Shown one piece after another: positions 10,284-16,722 of a stretch of DNA of 30,101 bases. A program made the position numbers and the translations under genes. Positions within the stretch are counted from its first letter, which is position 1; each line of letters opens with the position of its first letter. The stretch covers positions 1 to 30,101 of the IMG/VR virus record IMGVR_UViG_3300038318_000222. One strand, 5' to 3'. This stretch comes from a virus. Its lineage: Duplodnaviria > Caudoviricetes. The notes below the pieces were generated by a model. The model was not told where the DNA came from and ran no database searches. It was given only the letters and a program-made list of their open reading frames with translations.

Positions 10284-11128
10284 GGAAAATAATAAGTTAT
10301 GTAAATGATATTTTAATAGCTGGAGTTGGAGCGTTTGCAACTTTACGGTATTTTTTATTCGAGCGTGGCACAATCGATATAATCACAAAGGTGTGTTTAG
10401 CATTAATCGCTATAGCTGGAGTCGGCAAGGTTTATCTAGGTTGGAAATTACCAATCATAGATAATTTTAAATTTATCCCTAAAACAAAACCTGAAAAATA
10501 TATGAATATCACGCTTGATGATGAGTTTAAGGATTTACAAATTTTAAAAGGAGGAAAAAACAAAATGAAAAATTTATGGAAAACTTTAATAGGAATGATT
10601 AGGGCGAATAAATTTACTTTAACAGGTAACTTTTCGATAATTGCTTTATATGCAATTTTACTTGATGAATTGTTTGTTAAATTTGGGTATACGTTTATAA
10701 ATCAACCTAACGAGTTCTATATTAGAGGAGGTGTTTATACTTTAGGTTTTATATTTGCATTAATTGCTACTAACGGTTTTGGATGGGAGCGTATCGAAAA
10801 ATGGATCGCTCGTGTTAACGAAAAGAAAATTAAGAAAGCGTTAGAGGTATTAGCTGAACTGTCTATTGAATATAAGCCCGATGTAGTCGGTGAAAAATTA
10901 ACTGAAGCTAATATTTTATTAGAGAAAATTCAACCGTTTATCCAAGAAAAATTATATCAAGAGATTAAAAATAAGCTTGATGAAATTAATACAAGACTAA
11001 AAAAATATAACGCTAATAAGTTATTGCAGCAAGAAAAAGAACGACAAGAATTGCTGAAACTAGCCCAACAAGAATTAAATCAGCACCACACACCAACGTC
11101 GCCTAGTAATCGAGGATTAATGCGATGA
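10280..11128 (+). CDS. Membrane protein at lysis locus (about 4 hydrophobic segments plus coiled-coil tail)
   Basis: Hydrophobic stretches ILIAGVGAFA, VCLALIAIAGVG, FSIIALYAILL, GVYTLGFIFALIA; strong internal RBS/ATG at 10565. Confidence 0.6.
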   Translation: MRKIISYVNDILIAGVGAFATLRYFLFERGTIDIITKVCLALIAIAGVGKVYLGWKLPIIDNFKFIPKTKPEKYMNITLDDEFKDLQILKGGKNKMKNLWKTLIGMIRANKFTLTGNFSIIALYAILLDELFVKFGYTFINQPNEFYIRGGVYTLGFIFALIATNGFGWERIEKWIARVNEKKIKKALEVLAELSIEYKPDVVGEKLTEANILLEKIQPFIQEKLYQEIKNKLDEINTRLKKYNANKLLQQEKERQELLKLAQQELNQHHTPTSPSNRGLMR

Positions 11129-11364
11129 TGGAATGGGTTAACGAAAATTGGCTATACGTTGTTATAGCGGGAGGGGCAATAGTCGGATTTGAAACGGTAC
11201 GATTGATATTTAAAAAAGTAATGAAAAAATTTAATAAACGGTATCTTGTGCCAGTGTGGCATAAGATGAAAAAATTAAAAAACATAAACACGTTAATAAT
11301 CCTAATGGTAATAATCATTTTAGGATTAATAACATGGAATATTTATTATATGTTTTTTAGATAA
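11125..11364 (+). CDS. Small two-TM membrane protein, holin-like
   Basis: 79 aa, WLYVVIAGGAIVGF and TLIILMVIIILGLITW separated by a basic loop; last gene of late operon. Confidence 0.55.
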   Translation: MMEWVNENWLYVVIAGGAIVGFETVRLIFKKVMKKFNKRYLVPVWHKMKKLKNINTLIILMVIIILGLITWNIYYMFFR

Positions 11365-11366
11365 TT

Positions 11367-11399
11367 AAAAGGGCTGATTAATTTCAGCCCTATTTTTTT
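11367..11399. terminator. Bidirectional intrinsic terminator between late operon and minus-strand operon
   Basis: AGGGCTGA-TTAATT-TCAGCCCT stem flanked by A-run and T-run. Confidence 0.8.
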
Positions 11400-11854
11400 A
11401 TTCCATATTTATTAAAGTAATCTTCGAAAGGTATTCCCAACCCATTAGCAATCGCTTTGTGGGTTGTAATTTGGACGTTATCAAATGCGCTATCCCGCTT
11501 GACTATCCTGTATAAAACAGTACGGTCAATTTTAGCATTTTTTGCTATTTGATACAATGTTATACTATTCTCATCAGCTATTTTTTCAAGCCAATGATAG
11601 TTTACATAATATTTATCATTTACTTTTTTTAGATTAACCCTAAATTGATTAGGGTTACCCGCAATATATATCTTAGCCCAATAACCTGTTGGTGTTTGGA
11701 CTATTTCATATGTAACTGTTGCTTGATAGTTATCTTTTTGTTTTTTTAACAATTTGGGCATATCAAACAAAACCGCATTAGCTAAATTATCACTTGTTAA
11801 TTCTTTACTGTTAAGGCTTAGGAGCCTTTTTTTTACTTCGTTATCTTTTACCAT
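11390..11854 (-). CDS. Protein with C-terminal XRE-type HTH (candidate Aca-like regulator)
   Basis: ITLYQIAKNAKIDRTVLYRI...KAIANGLGI; last gene of operon containing acrIII-1. Confidence 0.7.
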   Translation of the reverse strand: MVKDNEVKKRLLSLNSKELTSDNLANAVLFDMPKLLKKQKDNYQATVTYEIVQTPTGYWAKIYIAGNPNQFRVNLKKVNDKYYVNYHWLEKIADENSITLYQIAKNAKIDRTVLYRIVKRDSAFDNVQITTHKAIANGLGIPFEDYFNKYGIKK

Positions 11855-11857
11855 CTT

Positions 11858-12241
11858 TTACCACTCTTCCTCCTCTTCTCTTTTTTGGTTACAATCGTAA
11901 CATCTGATATCTGCTACATCATTTATTGCTCCGCAATAGGTGCATTGATATTCTGTGTCCTCATCAATTTCTACAACACAGATATCTTCTATTTTACAAA
12001 GTATGTCCATAGCAGTTGTCATGGGGTCTTCATCAAGGCTTACTTCTCCCCCGTATAATTTGATAATATCTTTGGCATAATCGACCATCGAAATATCATC
12101 GATGTCAAAAATATTCATGTTCCAATATTCTTCGTCTGTGAATTTGTAACATAGCCAATCGTATTCTTTGACCCAAGGTGCTATATAATAAAGCACCTCA
12201 AGTTCGTTCTTTTTTAGATATTGTGGGTTTAATTTGAACAT
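11858..12241 (-). CDS. Highly acidic hypothetical protein with C-terminal zinc ribbon
   Basis: D/E-rich; CTYC...CYDC; ends EEEEW. Confidence 0.7.
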   Translation of the reverse strand: MFKLNPQYLKKNELEVLYYIAPWVKEYDWLCYKFTDEEYWNMNIFDIDDISMVDYAKDIIKLYGGEVSLDEDPMTTAMDILCKIEDICVVEIDEDTEYQCTYCGAINDVADIRCYDCNQKREEEEEW

Positions 12242-12765
12242 TTTTTATTCCTCCCTTTATTTTTTTTATAAAATTTTGGGTAATCTCGACAAATATTATC
12301 GAACATTATCTTTCTTAGAAATTGATAAGACGTGTTGTCAACTTCTTCAGTTATTGCATAAATCTTTGCGCCTACAGGAAAGACAACATAATCAACGTGT
12401 CGAAAATCAATTATTTTATACGTCTTGAATACTTCTTCCCCTTTCATTTCTTTTTTTAGTACAGCGATTATATCGCCGATATGAGCAATATATGTTGCTT
12501 TTCTTGCCATATACCCTTGTTCAAGGGAATATTTTTTATTTCCGCTTGCTGTGACGATTAATTTTGCTTCGTATTCTGCTTCGTTTTCGTCCTTTGTACC
12601 ATCTAGATTTAAAGTATAAAATCCTCTATACCTAGAATATTTCTCTGTGAACGAAACGTGCATTCCGCCTTTGTAAAATTCGGCTCCACACTCAAATTTA
12701 GGAAAATCATTATTTTCCAATTCCTTAAATGTTTGCAGAACCCATTCATTTCTGTTCATATTCAT
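12229..12765 (-). CDS. Hypothetical protein (anti-defence candidate)
   Basis: 178 aa ORF with AAGGAGG RBS inside the operon. Confidence 0.7.
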   Translation of the reverse strand: MNMNRNEWVLQTFKELENNDFPKFECGAEFYKGGMHVSFTEKYSRYRGFYTLNLDGTKDENEAEYEAKLIVTASGNKKYSLEQGYMARKATYIAHIGDIIAVLKKEMKGEEVFKTYKIIDFRHVDYVVFPVGAKIYAITEEVDNTSYQFLRKIMFDNICRDYPKFYKKNKGRNKKCSN

Positions 12766-12781
12766 TCCTCCTTTTTATTTT

Positions 12782-12835
12782 GTTACAGACTAGCCAAAAG
12801 GCTAGTTTCGACCATCAAGGTCTCGTCACTGTAAC
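12782..12835 (-). ncRNA. Type I hammerhead ribozyme fold, variant core (G instead of C at position 3)
   Basis: Minus strand GUUACA-GUGACGA-GACC(UUGAU)GGUC-GAAA-CUAGCC(UUUU)GGCUAG-UC^UGUAAC; three perfect stems; predicted cut between 12788 and 12787. Confidence 0.75.
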
Positions 12836-13141
12836 TTTAGCGAATTTAAATTCAAACCCGTCTGGTAGAGTAGTGCTACCTTCTGGGAGTCTACCACCAG
12901 TTAATTGGGCGACTATTAATATATCGTTATTAGTTAATGATATATTAATACGATTTGAGTCAATGTAAAATCCTAGTTCATTACTTAATACATTAGCAGT
13001 ATCAGTATGTCCTATGGAATTTATAAAAGTCCCTGATAACATTTCTTTTACTTCTCCCACTTTAAGCGGGGTTATAGTCAAGTTATTTTCTTGACTTAAA
13101 TTTAACATTTGTAATGAAAATGCATTTGATAAATAAATCAT
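12815..13141 (-). CDS. acrIII-1: AcrIII-1 / DUF1874 (STIV B116/YddF-like) cA4 ring nuclease
   Basis: 108 aa; YLSNAFS, SIGH(45), NR(64), GGR(84)LPE(87)G match the family catalytic H/R/R/E pattern and spacing. Confidence 0.88.
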   Translation of the reverse strand: MIYLSNAFSLQMLNLSQENNLTITPLKVGEVKEMLSGTFINSIGHTDTANVLSNELGFYIDSNRINISLTNNDILIVAQLTGGRLPEGSTTLPDGFEFKFAKVTVTRP

Positions 13142-13151
13142 ATTATCCTCC

Positions 13152-13358
13152 TTAAATTTCGCAATTTAGTAAGTCAATGGGTGTTTTATGCCCGTATTTT
13201 CCTGTTGGTACAAGTTCCCCATCCTCGTTGAGGTCGAAATATTCAACCTCATACCATCCGTGAAAACTATCGTAATCACTTATTAACTCAATCACACCGT
13301 TAGGTGTAGTGATTACTGTACCTTTCTTTAAATCGTACATTTTCTTTTTAATTTCCAT
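13152..13358 (-). CDS. Small acidic hypothetical protein
   Basis: 68 aa, GGAGG RBS, inside operon. Confidence 0.7.
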   Translation of the reverse strand: MEIKKKMYDLKKGTVITTPNGVIELISDYDSFHGWYEVEYFDLNEDGELVPTGKYGHKTPIDLLNCEI

Positions 13359-13384
13359 TTTATATCCTCCATTTTTTTATTATT

Positions 13385-13405
13385 AGGCGGTTTAAGGCAC
13401 CGCCT
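13385..13405 (-). other. GC-rich intergenic hairpin within operon
   Basis: AGGCGGU-GCCUUAA-ACCGCCU; no U-tract in the operon direction. Confidence 0.6.
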
Positions 13406-13413
13406 GAAACCTA

Positions 13414-13662
13414 TTAGTAAATTTCTATGCTGTAATACCCATAGTCGCCAAAATCTACTGTGACATCATCATTAATTGTTGCTTTCACGCCATACCATCT
13501 TAAGACTGCAACTGGTTGTTCTAAATTGTTTGCTTCAAAAATTAAGATACTTTCTTGTGTATAACGCGCACCTTTTATAGCTCTTTCGATTGCTTCTTCT
13601 AGCGTTCCTTTAATTGATTGGTTTCCTGCTCCCGTTTGGTAATCAATGAAATATTTTTTCAT
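13414..13662 (-). CDS. Small hypothetical phage protein
   Basis: 82 aa, AAGGAGG RBS overlapping hammerhead pseudoknot strand. Confidence 0.75.
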   Translation of the reverse strand: MKKYFIDYQTGAGNQSIKGTLEEAIERAIKGARYTQESILIFEANNLEQPVAVLRWYGVKATINDDVTVDFGDYGYYSIEIY

Positions 13663-13674
13663 TATTTATCCTCC

Positions 13675-13737
13675 TTAGCCTATCATCGTCAGTAGTGGGC
13701 GGCTAACCCTCACTAGACCGCTTTAAGCGGTTTCGAT
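13675..13737 (-). ncRNA. Type II hammerhead ribozyme with pseudoknot
   Basis: Minus strand AUC-GAAA-CCGC(UUAAA)GCGG-UC^UAGUG(AGGGUUAGCCGCC)CACUA-CUGACGA-U-GAU-A-GGCUAA; canonical core; loop I UUAGCC pairs with 3' GGCUAA; predicted cut between 13716 and 13715. Confidence 0.9.
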
Positions 13738-14144
13738 TATAATTTAAAGCTTAAATTCTCGTCTTGTTGTTCTTTAGCAACTTGTAATAAGTCGTCAAAA
13801 GTATTTTCTTTTTCAAAGCTGTAATCGTCAAAGTTTGAGGTAAATGTATAAGTCTTAAAGTACTTGCGGTTTAACTTGACAAGATATGCGTCTATACTCT
13901 CGTTGTAGTTGTAACATCTTCTTACTTGCCAATCTTTTAAATAAACGGCTTTATTGTTGTCTACTAATAATACTAGGTTGTTCTTAATTGTTTTGATATT
14001 ATTAGTCACAATGATTATTTCATCGTCGTTTAACACTCTTTTAAATTCATAATACTTATTCGTAATTTTTTTCCAATTGTCTTTCCCAAAAAAGAAGTCT
14101 TTGTCTTTGTTGCTTTGATTTTTAATAAATTCTGAATAACTCAT
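13737..14144 (-). CDS. Hypothetical protein, first gene of minus-strand operon
   Basis: 135 aa, AAGGAG RBS, downstream of near-consensus promoter. Confidence 0.8.
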   Translation of the reverse strand: MSYSEFIKNQSNKDKDFFFGKDNWKKITNKYYEFKRVLNDDEIIIVTNNIKTIKNNLVLLVDNNKAVYLKDWQVRRCYNYNESIDAYLVKLNRKYFKTYTFTSNFDDYSFEKENTFDDLLQVAKEQQDENLSFKL

Positions 14145-14186
14145 TTTTTAATCTCCTTTATTTTTACTCTTTATCTCTCTACCTTT

Positions 14187-14215
14187 ATTATATAACAATA
14201 GTAACCTGATGTCAC
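14187..14215 (-). promoter_or_regulatory. Sigma70/SigA promoter of anti-defence operon with overlapping imperfect palindrome
   Basis: GTGACA-17 nt-TATAAT on minus strand; GTAAC-N5-GTCAC at 14201-14215. Confidence 0.75.
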
Positions 14216-14473
14216 CTAATAAATGCAATTATTTAACTTTTTTTTGATATTTATTTAAAACACTCAAAAAGTACATCAAAAGTATACTATAGTAGTTATA
14301 TTGTCGGTTAAATACATCAAAGGTCGAATAATCGACTCTATTTGTCGAAACTTGTCATAAGGCTATTTTTAGCTTGTTTAAGAAACTTTTATAAATTATG
14401 GTATAAATTATAAGACAAGCATTTAAAATCAAAAATCAAGCGGTTACATTGGGGTAATAATTGGCGTTAGAGT

Positions 14474-14502
14474 TTGACAAAATATGGAAATGAATATAAA
14501 AT
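14474..14502 (+). promoter_or_regulatory. Sigma70/SigA promoter of moron gene
   Basis: TTGACA-17 nt-TAAAAT followed by AGGAGGG RBS. Confidence 0.75.
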
Positions 14503-14522
14503 AAATAACAAGGAGGGATAAG

Positions 14523-14732
14523 GTGGAAAAAGAGGATATTAAAAAAAGTGAAGAGGAATTACAGAAAGAGCTAGAAGAAAATATTAAAAAATTTAGTGAT
14601 GCAATGGATAATGAGCAAGCGAGGTTAAGACAAAAAGCAAGTGATATTAACCAATTAGGTTGTGGGTGTGGCACCGTAATAATTAGAATTATTACGGTGA
14701 TAGCGATTCTTATTTTTGTTAGTTTATTTTAA
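14523..14732 (+). CDS. Small C-terminally anchored membrane protein (moron)
   Basis: Charged coiled coil, GCGCG, then hydrophobic tail; own promoter and terminator. Confidence 0.7.
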   Translation: MEKEDIKKSEEELQKELEENIKKFSDAMDNEQARLRQKASDINQLGCGCGTVIIRIITVIAILIFVSLF

Positions 14733-14762
14733 AAAACCGAGTTAATTCTCGGTCTTTTTTTT
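14731..14762. terminator. Intrinsic terminator (probably bidirectional)
   Basis: ACCGAG-TTAATT-CTCGGT flanked by A6 and T8. Confidence 0.85.
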
Positions 14763-14779
14763 GTATAGATAAAAATCAA

Positions 14780-14801
14780 TTTTGTATCAATTTTGTATCA
14801 A
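14780..14801 (+). repeat. Integrase arm-type sites, left pair
   Basis: TTTTGTATCAA twice in tandem. Confidence 0.75.
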
Positions 14802-14928
14802 AACTATTTAATTTTATGTTATACTGTTTAATATTAGATAATAACAGACAAAAGAAATAATAATTAAATTATCTAATTATATCTAATTAATTAATACCAT
14901 TTAATACTAAATAAGAAAGGATAATATT

Positions 14929-14994
14929 ATGAAAAAGATAGTAATTGCAGGAGGTTGTTTTTGGGGAGTTGAAACACATTTTATGAAATTATAG
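14929..14994 (+). pseudogene. msrA: 5' fragment (21 codons) of peptide methionine sulfoxide reductase in attP
   Basis: MKKIVIAGGCFWGVETHFMKL* contains the MsrA GCFWG active-site motif; GAAAGGA RBS upstream. Confidence 0.85.
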
Positions 14995-15040
14995 TGTAAT
15001 TATCTAATTATATATTAATAGTTGTTTTAGCGATTTTTTA

Positions 15041-15062
15041 TTTTGTATCATTTTGTATCAAA
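15041..15062 (+). repeat. Integrase arm-type sites, right pair
   Basis: TTTTGTATCA twice in tandem, abutting the integrase stop. Confidence 0.75.
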
Positions 15063-16196
15063 CTAAAATATTTTTGGTAAACGAGCATTAATCTCTTGTA
15101 CTGTCTCATCTTTGTATTTGTCATGATGTTGGTAAGTATTAACGGTCATTTCAACTTTTGAATGCCCGAGTAAAGCCTGAACATCTTTAACTTCCATTCC
15201 ACGCATTAATGTAGCGAATGTGTGACGTATCCTATGAGATGTTATTGGTTCTATGTTTAATATTCTGCTATGTCGATATAAGAAGTGGTCAACAGCATTA
15301 GCTTGCAGGTATTCTCCATTATCATGACAAATTACTAAATTATTGTTAATATACTTTTCTTTATGTTTTCTTTTCATATCGTCTTGATATGTTTTGATTT
15401 CATAAAGCAGCTCTAATAGCATGTTGTGTATTACAATATATCTTATTGATGATTTTGTTTTTGGTGTAGTAATCTCACCGTAGCGATTCAATGATTTATT
15501 CACATGTATCGAATAGTATTCAAAATCAATATCATCCCATGTTAGAGCTAAAATTTCACCTCTACGCATTCCAGTAAAAAACGCAAACAACAAATAAAAT
15601 TTATATTTTATCATGCCTGGTATAGTAGCGACATGGTAAATAAATTCCTTAAAGTCATCTAATTCGATGACCTTTTTTTCTTTTAATCTCCCTTTTTTAA
15701 ATTTAAAATCTAGTTTTAACATCGGGTTTACTACAATCAAATCTTTTTTAAATGCCGATTCTAAAACTGTATTAATAATCCCTCTATGCCGGTCTACCAC
15801 ATGGTGACTTTTCTTTTTGCTGAGGTTAAAAAAATACTTATCTAAAAAAAGCGGCGTAATATCTTTTAATTTTATATTCCCAATATTTTTGTTGACTACT
15901 TTCCGATAAACTTCTTTAGCCTTTTTAGTTGTTGTCTTTAGGTCGCTTTCTATGATTTCAAAAACGACATCTCCATACTCCTTAAACGTCATATTGCTTT
16001 CATCTTTAACGAGCCCCAGGATACTCTGGGACTCTATTTTTTTTAGAAACCTTTCAGCTTCTTTTTTAGCATTTCTTTGGCTTGTAGCAGTTTCATTTTT
16101 TGCTCTAAATGACTTTACTTTTACTTTACCATTAACGCGGTATCTCACTTGAAAAGATATCGTGTTTTTCCCTTCTCTTTTCGTTATAAACGCCAT
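15063..16196 (-). CDS. int: Tyrosine integrase
   Basis: TGMRRGE, PKTK, HRIRH, LLGH, TYQH catalytic motifs; N-terminal arm-binding region. Confidence 0.95.
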   Translation of the reverse strand: MAFITKREGKNTISFQVRYRVNGKVKVKSFRAKNETATSQRNAKKEAERFLKKIESQSILGLVKDESNMTFKEYGDVVFEIIESDLKTTTKKAKEVYRKVVNKNIGNIKLKDITPLFLDKYFFNLSKKKSHHVVDRHRGIINTVLESAFKKDLIVVNPMLKLDFKFKKGRLKEKKVIELDDFKEFIYHVATIPGMIKYKFYLLFAFFTGMRRGEILALTWDDIDFEYYSIHVNKSLNRYGEITTPKTKSSIRYIVIHNMLLELLYEIKTYQDDMKRKHKEKYINNNLVICHDNGEYLQANAVDHFLYRHSRILNIEPITSHRIRHTFATLMRGMEVKDVQALLGHSKVEMTVNTYQHHDKYKDETVQEINARLPKIF

Positions 16197-16208
16197 CTCT
16201 TTCCCTCC

Positions 16209-16562
16209 TTAAATTTTAAATTTCTCTTTAATAATTTTTAACATGAACATAATATCATTATTTAATTCTTCGATATCTTTTTTTGTTAATTTCGATACGT
16301 CAAAATCAAGCCCTTCTTTTTTAATTAATTCAGTTAGATAATTTTCATTGCTTTCATTGTTTAAAAAGAAATAATTAAAATCTACCTCCAATACTTCTGC
16401 TAATTTTTTTAAGGTAATTATTTGTGGTGACTTCTTCCCACTTTCATAATTGCTAATCATAACGTGTGATACACCTATTTTTTCACCTAATTCAAATTGT
16501 GATAATCCTTTATTAATTCTTTTTTTATAAATTTTCTGCCCTAAAAGGCTTTTTGAGTCCAT
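16209..16562 (-). CDS. CI-like XRE repressor
   Basis: GLSQFELGEKIGVSHVMISNYESG HTH; divergent from cro-like gene. Confidence 0.88.
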   Translation of the reverse strand: MDSKSLLGQKIYKKRINKGLSQFELGEKIGVSHVMISNYESGKKSPQIITLKKLAEVLEVDFNYFFLNNESNENYLTELIKKEGLDFDVSKLTKKDIEELNNDIMFMLKIIKEKFKI

Positions 16563-16587
16563 TTCGTTTTTCTCCTTTTTATTTTTA

Positions 16588-16690
16588 TTAACCTATAGTA
16601 TAATTATATAACAAAAAAATAAAAAAATAAATAATTTATTTAACTTTTGGTAACAAATTTATTGACTTTAACCGTCGGTTACATTATAAT
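16588..16690. promoter_or_regulatory. Lysis/lysogeny switch: rightward promoter and 15-bp operators
   Basis: TTGACT(16662)-17 nt-TATAAT(16685); TTAAC-N5-GT(T/A)AN-like palindromes at 16588, 16640, 16668 (in the promoter spacer); leftward -10 at 16603-16608. Confidence 0.75.
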
Positions 16691-16722
16691 TAAAGTAAAC
16701 ATTGTAGAAAGGTGGCGAAAAT

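Larger units (their letters stand above)
14780..15062. mobile_element. attP phage attachment site
   Basis: AT-rich region at integrase 3' end; tandem TTTTGTATCA arm-like repeats at both ends; host-gene fragment in the centre. Confidence 0.85.

Noticed and set aside
12234-12968. Plus-strand ORFs 12234-12428 and 12729-12968
   Set aside because: Antisense to minus-strand genes that have strong RBSs and family motifs
14230-14440. Non-coding stretch with TACATCAAA twice and several GTCG/TCGA motifs
   Set aside because: Repeats are short and irregular; I could not build a convincing ncRNA, array or ORF
14929-14994. msrA fragment as a functional auxiliary metabolic gene
   Set aside because: Stops after 21 codons and I see no continuation in other frames; better explained as att core
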